A stretch of DNA of 60,190 nt, the filler included, from Sphacelaria rigidula (Eukaryota): NCBI GenBank assembly GCA_964200075.2. It is 8 parts of 8 records of this genome, joined end to end, with 100 filler letters (N's around TTAATTAATTAA, not from the genome) between each part and the next. Parts side by side here need not be neighbours in the genome. Positions count along the whole stretch, not along the records: positions 7,538 to 14,974 come from CAXNAA020014920.1; positions 15,075 to 22,511 come from CAXNAA020014921.1; positions 22,612 to 30,047 come from CAXNAA020014922.1; 5 more parts are not named here. One strand, written 5' to 3'. Positions 12,406 through 24,230 of the stretch are shown here, piece by piece. The notes beneath the pieces are model-generated. The model did no database searches. It saw only the letters and a list, made by a program, of their open reading frames with translations, and was not told the origin of the DNA. Positions within the stretch are counted from its first letter, which is position 1. Every line of letters starts with the position of its first letter. Made by a program: the position numbers and the translations under genes.

Positions 12406-15400
12406 TGCAACGGTCGAAGCTTGTATCCGGAAATACGGGATAATAAAGCCTAATAGCGCCTGGGGGGACCTTGGGAACCTGATGAACTCGAGTATTTTTA
12501 TTCAAGCTAATTGCTGTATATAACAACAACGTCAGAGGTCTGGTCTAATACAACTATCTAAGTTGTGGCTGTAATAGCTAGCAACGGAAGCTCGGGATTG
12601 CGCACAGAACAGACGTACTGCGTCGAAAAATGCGCAAATACAAATGACTGTAGCAGCGGCGGTATCTGAAAGTAGTACAACTCACACGTGTTTACGGTGT
12701 CAGCGTCAGAGGTAGACCACGCCTGTATTATCTCAGCTTAAGCTGGAAACGACTGGTGGTGCTCAGAAAACATTTTTGATGAGCACTGAAGGGTCATGCG
12801 GTGTAGGGCAGCACAAAATCTTCAACAAAAGCTTGAAATGAAGACCGTAGGATCGGGCGGCGTAGCGCAGCACGAAGGCTTGTCACACAACGGCGTGGTG
12901 ACAACGTAGATATATAAAGCAAGGTTGAAGTAGTGCGCAGCAGGGGCAACGCTGAGGGCGTGTCCTGAAAAAGAGTTACACACCCAAGGGGTGTTGGTTT
13001 TGGGTGCCGTGTGCTCCAAGTGAGCAGGTAACGAATGTCTGGAATTTATCAATGCGGCGTGTCAATTAGAGCGTAGTTTTGGAAATCGCCACAACAACTG
13101 GGTTGTGGGGAAGAATATCTAGCGATTGGTAAGTTCGAATGTCACAGGCACGGATTTGTCGCGAAAGGAACGTGTCTCGGGATGAATAATTATTTGTTCG
13201 GCCGAGAGAGATTCAGTGATAAAATTTCACAGCCGTTCAGGCTGTGTATTGCTGGTTATCGCGGTGATGTACGGCGTCGCTTTACAGATGTGCGAAGCAC
13301 ACAAGAGAACAGCAACAACAGACTAGCTACGAGTGACGTACATCGCTACGCAGTAAAAATTCCAGAACGAGTACGAATCTTGTGTACAGATGTCCGTGGT
13401 CACCTGTTGGGGAAGCACGGGTTGTGTTACTTAACGACCCGTGAACAAAAAAGATGCAATGGACCGTGTACAATCGGTATTGGAATGTGAAAGCGGCAGC
13501 TTGCTGGCTTGGCAAGGGGCTCAGGTCAGGAACAGCAGCTGACTATGAGCAACGATGCACCCTGTGCACTGGTGTCATGTAACAAACCTGTAGTAGAAGA
13601 CTTGTCCTGCCAGGAGAGAGGGGGTAACAAAGCCAAGTACGCAAGGCAGTGCTGGCTGGGCGTGTGACCGTTCTGTACTGAACGAGGAGGGATGGGTACC
13701 TTGTGCAGGTATAATAGCACGCACGACCAGTTCAAGGTGCACGTGTGTATCTTACGAAATACACAGCAACACGGCAAGGCAGGGTTGGTGCGACAATGCG
13801 CGCTGATCCAGCGTGGACAAGGCGTGCAGTCGAACGCTGCAGCAGGCCGCGAGCAGCAAGAGCTGCAAGTCACGAGTACTATGTACGAGGGGACACACAG
13901 GGCAGAAGCTTTACAGTAGCTTAAGAACTCACTGCCGAGCAACCCGTAAGGAGCTATGATAGATAGGTTTGAGAACCTGAAACGAACAAAAACACGAGGA
14001 CGAAATTTTCAACAGCAAATTGTCAACAGCAAGCCACGCGTGCGCAGCTCGACAAGCAGGGATACAATCGGTGTCGAGAAGGGAAACGCAATTGCAAAAG
14101 AAGAGACTCCCTGGTCAAACGCCAAATGTAATGGGATTACGGTGGAGCTATGCTACGATAGGGGTTGCACTTTTCGTTTCTGGGTCACTTTTTTGTAGTA
14201 GCCCAAAGATATAGGGCTTACTATGCAATCCAAATATCCGGGGACCGGATATGGAGATGTAAGCAGGGGCCGTTTCGTGAATCGGCATCATTTTCAGGTT
14301 TTTTCAAGTAAAAATGATGCCGATTCTCAAAGTGACCCGTCCAACACCCCGAGAAACATGTCCGCCAAAAATGTGCACCCCTACCGTAGCATGGCTCGGT
14401 GCTGTTATGGCAAGCACAGGCTCACAAGGCAACGCAAGAAGACAGTCGACAGACCGTACAGCCAAACCACAAGGTACTACTCAGTGTACTCTTGCACTGT
14501 GCACCAACCTCACACAAGACGTGTCAGGATACCAAGCCTCACGCGTATGTTATATCTTCTTTGTTATCTGGTCTCGACCTTCCAGTATCTACTCGATCAA
14601 TCCAATTTCACACTCAGTATATCAGTCTCACCGGGATTAGACTTATCGCTGAGAGAGAAGCAGTAGATGATAGTGAAGGAGGGTGGCTCTCGCTTGCACA
14701 AAAGCACACTCGAGCCATCATCGTCTCTGCCATATACAAATTCGCACTCATACCTGACCAACTCTGAACAGACCTGCAGTCTTAGGTTTTACGATACCAG
14801 GAATGCAAATATAAAGCCGGACTCATCACGTGTCTGAGGCGGCATGATAACAGGCTACCATGCTTCCTCATGACAGTTGTCCCCCCCGCCCCTTTTTTTT
14901 TTCCTCACACTTTGAACCCCTCCGCTTCCTCGGGATGAGTCCGTGATCTCAATGGATCAACCCACCTCCCCCCCNNNNNNNNNNNNNNNNNNNNNNNNNN
15001 NNNNNNNNNNNNNNNNNNTTAATTAATTAANNNNNNNNNNNNNNNNNNNNNNNNNNNNNNNNNNNNNNNNNNNNGGGGGGGGGGGGGGGGGGGGGGGGGG
15101 CAAAGTTTATGAAAGTCTTTTTCAAAGATGTGCATGCCCAGGCGTCAATTAGGACTCGATGTAGTTCTAGGTGGCGGCCGAGGCCAAAGGCATACGCCTT
15201 GCTGCGGGGAGGAGGAAGGGCGGAGAGGTCCCTGAGTTGAGATATATTGACACCGACTCTCGCAAATGGATCTGGTGTTGTCCTATCTTGATGGATCCGC
15301 GAAGATCTCGGCCGCGTCGCTACGTAATAAAAATGATAAAAGTACGAATGGCTAAATGATGAAGGAAGAACACCGAGCACAAAGCAAGACTCCCGATTTG

Positions 15401-18400
15401 AAAGAGATTAAAACGAAAAGAAATGTCAGTCATATCAAAAATATTTGTTTTGCCACACTTTCGATTCCTGCCATTCGTCGGGACGAGTTCATGTTTTGAA
15501 GGGATCAGCCCCTCTCTCCCCGGTAAAACAGTTGCGTTTTGGTTTCCCGGATTGAATCATGACTATCGGCACTCCTGCGTTGCGTCGACTGTCGTCAAAT
15601 GAACTCAGTCAGATCCTCTTCTTTTACTCACGTCCTCGCGCTTTCGACGGTGAAATCGGATGTTTTGAAGAAAAAAATCCAACGCCTGGGGATCGAACTC
15701 AGGTTCTCTCTAACCTAATGAAAACAGTCGGATCCCTTTCATTTGGACCATCGAGACGCGGCGGCCGTATATATAATCTATATTTGTGTCAGCAAGAGAT
15801 GCACACCGAAGGCATCCCCCAAATCAGAAGAAGCGGTTAGTGAAAGAAATTAACATAGATAGGTTGTTGTTAATAAACATGAACCCTTTGAATAACACCA
15901 AACCTCTGACGTCGTTTTTCTGTAAATCCATGTGTGTGCGTGCACCCATGCGAACGTTCGTGGTTCGATTTCGATATACCAATGATGCCATGCTACGGTG
16001 AAGTGAAGATAACTGAAAGCTTTGCCGGTGAAAGAACTTGATTTGACACAAGAAAAGGGACGGAAAATAGAAGGGAAATAGAATAACAAAAAAGAGTATT
16101 ACACGAAGATGAGTCCATAAAAAGTAAGCCCACCCCAAGAAAACTTAATCAAGAGTAGCAAGAAAAACAGAACCCAGAGCTAGATGGGCGTGGAAGTTCG
16201 CAACATAAGTTGCTCACATGTGCCCACGCCCCTCTAGGGTAGGGGGCGGGGTCGAAAAATCCAAGCTGGTCCGTGAAAGAGTCCAATAATCTACTCGCCA
16301 GCCATTTCTCACGACCGCCGTTATATGGAGTGGAAAGATCACATTTCACACGAGGGTTCTCGAGGTCTCTAGTTTCGGTGCCTACTGAGTTTTTCACAGC
16401 TTCACCGATTTTGTTGGGACTCCGGGTGATATGTGGTCGCCCTTCAAAACATGAGGCCGTGAATAGCGAAGGAAGTTAGGCGAAAGTCGGCGCGGTACGG
16501 CCGTGCTGATCCAACCCATCCCAAAACCCTGATGCCAGGAATAGCCGGGGGATATGGCTTGATTTCTTGAGACTACTGACTGACAAGTCATCTCACGGAA
16601 GAGAAAGGAATTCAATGAATAACGAGGACATATAATATGTGTATGTATCCCCTGCTCATGTGAGCAGGTGCACTGAGTGAACATGTACATGTGGGATAGA
16701 TTTATGCTGACGCACGGGTACTGGTAGTCAAGTATGTGTGACTGCGGTACCATGCTCAGGCCAGCAGCGTCGCCGCAGCTGGCTCTCACTCTTCGTCTGA
16801 TCCCTCATTCCGAGGTTCGAATCTGTCAAGGCACTCTCCAATAATACAATATATATATATATGTATATGTATCATTTCACTTTTTCACCACTTTTGTCGA
16901 GTTTCCTCAGGCGGCAAGGCATCTTATCACGCGCTTTCTTTTGCAGTGCACGAAGAAGATGCAGCGGTGCATTACCTTCCAGGTTTGGGTGTCATCTGAT
17001 ACCTGTGGCGCGTGTTGTAGCCATCGAAAGTCGCCCACACTGGCTCTTTTTCGCGGGGTGTCGAGCCTGAACGACAAAAGCCTCTTCAAGATGGAAAACT
17101 TCAAACAGGAACTTAAACGACAAAAGACCGTTAATGGGGGGTATTTCTTTGCATTCTCGTTGATTCGGGAGCACGAAGACAGCGGTTATGCAGAAAATGT
17201 CACGAGAACATGAAAGCAAAGCAGTTGAAAACAATTGAACATTGCCTTCGCCTTAGTCAGCAGCAAAAACAAGACCGTGCAATGAGCCGTTGGCGAGTTA
17301 AACAAGGTACACACGTGGGCAAACGTCCTCACTGTCGATCAGCTGTGGTCGACAAGCGCAGGGGGGTGACAAAATCCCTGTGGTCATGCAACTCGTCACA
17401 GAGACTTTCCTCAAAGGATGCAACTGTGTGAAGTACTGGAGGAGGAATGTCCTTGTGACGGGGATGACAGAGATGTCTTTGTGACAAGGATGCATCTCTG
17501 CACAAGTACTTCACAGAGGGGACTTGAAGAAATGTACGTAAACAATGGTTAATACTATGGAGATGCCACCAACTCTACCGCTAACCCTAGCACTAACATC
17601 GACCAAGACATAGCGAGAACTCTCGGGCAAGGGGGGTGCAATTTCTTAGCTGAAGCGTGCGTTGCCAGAACTCATATCGACGCTTTTCGAGAGCTCAAAT
17701 CGACGCCTTTGAGCCGATTTTGGACCAATACATGTTCTGGACGACCTGTTTCTAGAGCTGCGCACTCCATGGCGCACGGCCCTAGGCGCGCTGCAGGCTC
17801 TGCGAGGCGCTGAAACATCGCTCATAGGCTGTGCAAACCACAGTCAACAGTTCCAAGTCGCTATATATGGTGCTGTGCGCTGCAGCAGTGCGCACTAGAG
17901 GGCAAAACGGTGTTTTTTTGTTCCGATTTTTGTTTTTTTTGGCGCAACACTGACTTCACAAGAACATATCTGCGCTGGTACTTTACAGGTGAATAACTAT
18001 GAGTTAGCCCGCTGCTTCGGTAAGGGCCTCGCGGAGGGATATTTTTGAACTGAAACGAATAAATCACTAATTGACCGCTTTTCCTTCTCAATCGTATCCT
18101 CTACTCTCAATCTTACGAAAGCATAATTCTATGTAAATGGAGGCTCCTTTATCAGTTGGGTTTATTTGTCCACATTTATCTATTTTTCGCGGAGGGCAAT
18201 ATATACCTGCTCGATCGAAGCGGAAAAAGCGATGACTCGCGCGCTTTTTCTCCCTTCATTCAACCCATGTGTATCGTGTACATGTATCATTTCACATTTT
18301 CACCACTTTTGCCGAGTTTTCTCTGCCAGCAAGGCATTTTTTCCCACTGAGAAGGCATATGAAGTATATTTGATATTATCGACTTGCGTTACCCCCGGGA

Positions 18401-18430
18401 GGCTTGTACCAACCTCCCGAAGAGGAACCT

Positions 18431-18464
<34 letters not shown>

Positions 18465-18907
18465 CTTTGCCACACGCCACGGAATACACTATTATGTTCA
18501 ACCGGTTGGGTAAAATGGCGGATCAAGATGGGAGGCCTGCTCCAGTAGTTGATGAGCAGCAGGGTATTATTGAACAAATGAGGCTGTTTTACCAGCCAGC
18601 TCAGTTCCATGGCTGAGCTACTCGTGACTTGCAGTCAAACCAAACTGCATCGCAGGGTCGAGTAAATGGCATGAGGGTAGTGAGAGAGTACGGGGGCGTT
18701 GAAACAAATGGCGTCCTCTATAGTGATGGCTCCCACAGAGGGAATCCAGAACAAATGACAGTACAGTAGAGCGACGAAGTGCTCGAGTTCGGCGAGACCG
18801 CCAGTACATCGGGACACAAGCCGGACCGGAGGAAGGAGCTCGCGATGCGGCGGACGACGGAGCCAGGGGTGGTGTCCCCGAAAGTGAGTCAGTTTGTGTA
18901 ACAACGT

Positions 18908-19190
18908 TTTCGCGAGATTGAGAGTAGAGGGCTGATTGAGAGTGTTTCGATCATAAGCTTTCACTCGGCCATTTTTTCATTTCGTGTGCGCTTTTCTTTG
19001 CCTCCATCACTGTCGTATGCTTACAGCTACACGTCGATATCCTACTCAGGGATATCAAGGGCCTCAGTGGCAAGCTACTACAGGAAGCATATCGGGCCTC
19101 GCGGAGGGGCCTTTTGGAACTGAAACGATTCATTCACTAAGTGAACGCTTTTCGCTCTCCATCGTATCCTCTACTCTCACTCTCACGACA
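18908..19190. mobile_element. ~280-bp TIR element inserted in copia gag; related end at ~18020-18120
   Basis: CGCGAGATTGAGAGTAGAGG at left is the imperfect inverse of CCTCTACTCTCACTCTCACG at right; gag-like reading resumes after it. Confidence 0.65.
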
Positions 19191-19488
19191 GAATTGTTGT
19201 GTACGGTGCAAGTGGGAATGTGCCGGGAGTGCCCGGTGTTCGACAGATCGTGCCCGATTTTTCAGGGAAAAACACAGAGTTCGCACGGTACAAACATAGG
19301 CTTATCAACTTCGCAAAGGGCGGAGGAATTGGCTGGGTGTTACCATGGCCGGCGACAGTGCGCACGAAGTAGATGTTGGCGATCCTGAAATATCACTGGG
19401 ATATCTGGAGACTAGATACGGGAAGGACATTGTGGCAGCCCAAGTGAGGGCGAGATGAATGTTTTTTGCTAATCTCGAAGGAAAAGAG

Positions 19489-20798
19489 CACACCCTGGAC
19501 AATACAATATGTTTTCAATATATATTAGTCGATCGTACTGGAATTTTGCGATATATTGCCTGCGTAATATATATTGGTACCGTTGGACTGCACGCGTGTT
19601 GCGCGCCCAATAAATATATTGACGTCGTGGGACCGCATACATATTGCTCGCCCAATATATATATATATATATATATATTGGTACTGTGGGGTTGAACACA
19701 TAATATTGTCCCATCAGTATATATTGGGGCAGCGTGGGCGGCAGCATATTGCACGACCAATATATATATATATATATATAATAGGGTCGCATTGGTGAAA
19801 ACATATTGACCGGTCAATATATATATTGGGTCTACGTGGGTGCCAATGTATTGGCCGGTCAACATATATTGTTGCTTATACCCTGGACAATACAATATGT
19901 TCCAATATGATACCAATACTTTGTATTGGAGCCAGCGCAAATATTGTCCTTTCAATATATATTGTGTTGAGATGTCCCCGGAGATATTGAAGCAACAATA
20001 TATATTGCTTGTGTCATGATATTGGACATCAATTTGTTCCGGGGTTCAAACATTCAAAATATATTATGCATGCCGGCCGTGTATGTATTGAAGTGTCAAT
20101 ATATATTGAGTCGAAGCGATGCGTAGCATTGTTACCATAATATATATTGGACGCAAACCGTGCAAAGGTTTTGTTTTTTCAATATATATTGCGCACGCTC
20201 ATCGCATAGCTATTGTGCAGCCAATATATATATCGAACACGCTTGCGAAGGAACATATTGAGCGTTTTCGGCATGTGGTGATACAGGTTTGAGTGGCGCC
20301 AGCGAACATAGAACTGCCCACCATACTAATTCCAATACGCTTTCCAATGTACATGTTGAAAATCAAAATATACTGCTAAACCAAATGTATTGTGACCGTC
20401 AGTTCCCTCGTGTATTGTCCACCCAATATATATTGGACGCATTGACGCAAGACATATTGGGGCGGCAATATATATTGGCGCTTCGGGTGTTGAGTATATT
20501 GAATCATCAATATATACTGACCTCGTGTGGCAGCTAGTATATCACTCGACAAATATATATATTGGTGCCTTCTCGCACCAACATATTACTCGACCAATAT
20601 ATATTGAGGCGGTGCGTGTCGTGATGTATTGTTCGGTCGATATATATTGCATGTCGCGAGCCTTGACATATTGATGGCACAATATATGTTGACCCCATCT
20701 CGTGCCATCATATTGCTCGCCCAATATATATTGATCACCCGACGCGTCGACATATTGAGCGCGCAATATATATCACATTTTGTATTGTCCAGGGTGTG
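19489..20798. mobile_element. 1310-bp non-autonomous DNA transposon (hAT/P-like 8-bp TSD) made of CAATATATATTG palindromes
   Basis: TIR CACACCCTGGACAATACA / TGTATTGTCCAGGGTGTG; perfect TSD GAAAAGAG at 19481-19488 and 20799-20806. Confidence 0.92.
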
Positions 20799-22654
20799 GA
20801 AAAGAGAGAGCAAGATATCTTGCTCAGACTTCACTCAGCTGGTGCAGTTTGGAGACCACTTGCAGCTGTCTTTCGCTCCAAAACAAATGGGTCAGGACTG
20901 GCCTTGTTGGAAACCTTTGATGGAGTCAAGACTGGTGTTCGTGGCGATCCAGGGCAGAATCTGCTTGAGATGGAAGACATTGCACTAGACCTGAATTCAT
21001 ACAAGGATCATCAACCCCTGAGCGAAAGCCATATTATCTCGAAATTCCTCAACGCCTTGCTGTTCGAGTATCGCATCCAGTAGCAATTGCTGGAGGATCG
21101 AGAGGGGCCGCTAACACGGGAGGTTGTGAGAACCTCGGTCCGAAAGCGCTTCGAGGCGGCCGCTTTCAAGCAGGAACTTGCCCGGGCAAAGAGGTCATCC
21201 TCGGGCGACCAGAATCTCCTCGCTAGGGGTGGGACCGGAAACCCGGCCACACCGCACAGGAAAATCGGGCAAATCCCAGGGCTCTGGTCAGAAAAATGAC
21301 GGGAGCCAGAGTTTGGGTAGCTCTGGGTCGACATCGTCGGACGGCAAATCGACGACTGTAAAGCTAATCCGCTGCCATATTCGCGAAGAGGACTCGACGC
21401 ACCGCGCCAGGAGCTGCTCGAAGAGATGCTGTGGGAAGTGCGGTCGACCGGGGCACAACTTGTGAGACTGTCCGAGATCGACAGCAAAGAAGGAAGATGT
21501 GGCGATGGCGATGGGTGCGGTCGACGACAGCGATGAATCCTCCGTTTGCTCGGACGTGGACGGGGAGGTTTTCACTTCTTTCGACACCACCATCATCAAC
21601 GACGGAACAGGCGAGTACGCATTGTGTGTTGGGCAGGGGGGTGATACACAGCAGGGTGAGGTCGAACCGCGGGTGCTTAACACGGGGGCTGCCCAGCATT
21701 AAACAGGGGGTTCTATAAAATGAGGTTGATCAATGAAATGAGGCTTGAAGACCCTAGCCGTTGAATGACAAAAGCCCCCAGGAGTACCGCACGACAGCGC
21801 TGATGTGCAACGTTGGAGAGGAGTAGGGAGTGCGTCCGTGGTTGCACGTGCCGCCCATCCCTGGTTAGCTGCGGGCGACGGATCATAACAACGTTTGTTC
21901 GATTGTCGGCGATGTTCTCGCTTTTGTTTGTCTCGAGGCCCATGTCCAGAAGAAAATCTCAGGCGTCAAGTTGTTCGTCAGTGACGTGCTGGGGGGATGT
22001 CACTGCCAACGCAGTGATGTACCGAGCGGATGATTGGGCGTCCACTGTCCTGAAGAAGGGCACATGAAAAAGCATCACTGATCTCCTTCTTCGACGGTCG
22101 ATGCACAACTTGAATAATAGATTGCACGAATGCACCGTACTGCAAATACCGGTCGAGCTTTCCGATCAGGTTTGAGTTTATATGATCCAGCAATGTCAGT
22201 CGAAAGAAAAATCGTTGGCATCCACCCCAAAATCGCTTCGTGTGGTCCCGTCATACACCCCATCGCAACACCCCATCCATGCTACATGACGGCAATCGAC
22301 CCCGCTCTGAACTGTACGTTCGCGTCTACATCCCGACCTATATGTTTTCACTCTCAAACTGCGCCACTGCAACTCGAGGCTCCAGCATCATCACTACTGC
22401 CATTGCAATTATCACCATCATCACCATCGCCATCACTTCTAGTATCACAGTCGTCATGGTCATCATCGGGGGCTACCTCGTCCTCCAACCCCTCTCGACC
22501 CGTGTCGCGTCNNNNNNNNNNNNNNNNNNNNNNNNNNNNNNNNNNNNNNNNNNNNTTAATTAATTAANNNNNNNNNNNNNNNNNNNNNNNNNNNNNNNNN
22601 NNNNNNNNNNNGTCATTTGACCATTGACCACGCATCCCTTTCGAGACGGAGCAT

Positions 22655-23000
22655 GGGGGGGCGGGGGGGGGGGTGGGGTGTACTCATGATTTTGCATGTC
22701 GCAGTCATACGACTATTGGCCTCGTATCCCTACAAAGCCGGGATGAAGTACATCGGGTTTTCGCCGGACCAGGCTCGCAATAAATTACCAAGCGCGAAGC
22801 GCCGTGATGTGCTCGACGAGTCGCATGAAGGGTGAACTACATCCTGCTAGGATTGTTGGGCCCGAAGCGTACACTGGTTATCATGGATATGAATGACGGC
22901 CTCCGATGAGTTGCTTCATTTTCTCGTATCGCCATTTCCCGAGACAGCACGGGTTACACACTGTCTCATGCGTGTCTCACACCATTCAAACAATATGCAG
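22655..23000. repeat. Long form of the G-tract-anchored element (other copies 44716-45030, 45070-45119, 51030-51142 inverted)
   Basis: Gn-TGTACTCATGAT.TTGCATG...GACCAGGCTCGCAAT...CGCCGTGATGTG...CGCATGAAGGGTGA shared among copies. Confidence 0.75.
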
Positions 23001-23352
23001 CACGATTATCCCCACTGCGCGGAGTTGGCGTTCTCTACGCCACACAATATGATCTAGCTCGACCAACATTACAGGCACCACAAATGAACACAAAAAAACG
23101 CTGACGAGAAAACCCCCCGACAAGCCTGATTGTCTAGCTTACGTACTGAGCCACGCGTTTTACAGCTTCATCGCCAACCGACACCAACTCTCAACGGGAG
23201 AATAGAGAGTGACGCAGGTGTTTCATTCTTTCAGGGTGCGAGGCAGCCCCGTGATGAATGCTCATTGGCGTCGTCTGGCAAGCACAAACTTCTCGGTCTC
23301 GGGGTAGAAGCTTGAAATACCAGTTGCAACGGTGTGTTGGGTAGGATATTTC

Positions 23353-23552
23353 CAGGGCTCTTTACGTTACACGTCACAAGTTAAGCCTGGCTAGTACTAC
23401 GGCGGGGGCCTACAGTAGTACTAGCCAGGCCCGAGGCTTAATTTGATTTGACTTGACTTTACGCAGGGCTCCGCGTAAAACGATTTTTGTGATGTGTAAC
23501 GTTAAGTTGTGACGTGTAACGAATTTTGTGACGTGTAACGTAAAGAGCCCTG
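23353..23552. mobile_element. 200-bp hAT-like MITE, nested in an older MITE (~23330-23772)
   Basis: Perfect 27-bp TIR CAGGGCTCTTTACGTTACACGTCACAA; perfect 8-bp TSD GATATTTC. Confidence 0.92.
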
Positions 23553-23969
23553 GATATTTCCTACATTCGGGTCTCTTTGAAAAATCGTACTCTTAAGCAC
23601 CCAAACCTTGCGCAGAGTACTGGCATCTTACTCAACAATACCCAGATATTGCATAGAGTAATGCGATCGTGTCTACCCAATCTTTGGGTAGAGTTTGGAG
23701 ATCAGACCATCGCGACACAAAATTTGGGAGGGTCAATACCCGGGTATTTACCCTACCCAACCACACACCCTTGAAATATTGCACCCACAGAAACGCGCGG
23801 TGAAAAATCGTACGGTGGTCACGTCCTGACGTTCCTCTGTCCACACCAGAGCTTCAGATAGGCCGCAGACCGAATGCGCGGCAATGATGCGAGGAGGGAG
23901 GGGGGGGGGGGGGGGGGCGCCGGAGGCGAAATTTTGGGGATTTACAGTACCGGGTGCCTGAACCATTAC

Positions 23970-24230
23970 AAGGGTCGGACAAATAATGATTCGTCTGAAA
24001 ATTGCTTGGTTTTAGTATAATGAGTCGACTGGTGACGAATCAATACCTAGGCTTTATTTCAGCGTTGCAACCCAGGTACATGCAGCCCAGACACGTGGAA
24101 CGGCGCAAAAGTTACGTGGGGGCCCCTTGGACCAGCGATCATTTTTTTTCTCCCTTTTGGGCAATCAGGCGGAAGAAATCGTGGATTTGATGATTTTGCG
24201 TCGTGATGATTTGTCCTAACCGTGAAGCGT
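23970..24230 (+). repeat. Dispersed repeat family (relatives at 33838-34085 and 1-80)
   Basis: Shared AAGGGTCGGA...GATTCGTCT...ATTGCTTG.TTTTAGT...CCCAGGTAC...CACGTGGAA. Confidence 0.65.

Larger units (their letters stand above)
18515..21702 (+). mobile_element. Degenerate Ty1/copia LTR retrotransposon gag-protease relic, interrupted by two TIR elements
   Basis: Fragments translate to IVPDFSGKNTEFARYK, SAGAVWRPLAAVF, IISKFLNALLFEY (UBN2/gag-like), zinc knuckle CGKCGRPGHNL*DC and protease-like RVLNTGAAQH (cf. WxLDSGAxxH); several stops and frameshifts. Confidence 0.85.

Noticed and set aside
18884-19191. Spliceosomal intron inside copia gag (GTGAGT...ACAG)
   Set aside because: Better explained by the inverted-repeat insertion at 18908-19190
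19489-20798. CRISPR-like alternation of palindromic repeat and unique spacer
   Set aside because: Repeat length and spacing are irregular, there are no cas genes, the context is eukaryotic, and the region is bounded by TIRs and an 8-bp TSD
21713-22511. Minus-strand coding-like stretch with acidic tract
   Set aside because: Fragmented by stops and frameshifts; no family recognised
23100-23140. Hammerhead core CTGACGA...GACAA...GTC
   Set aside because: GAAA core altered and no stems
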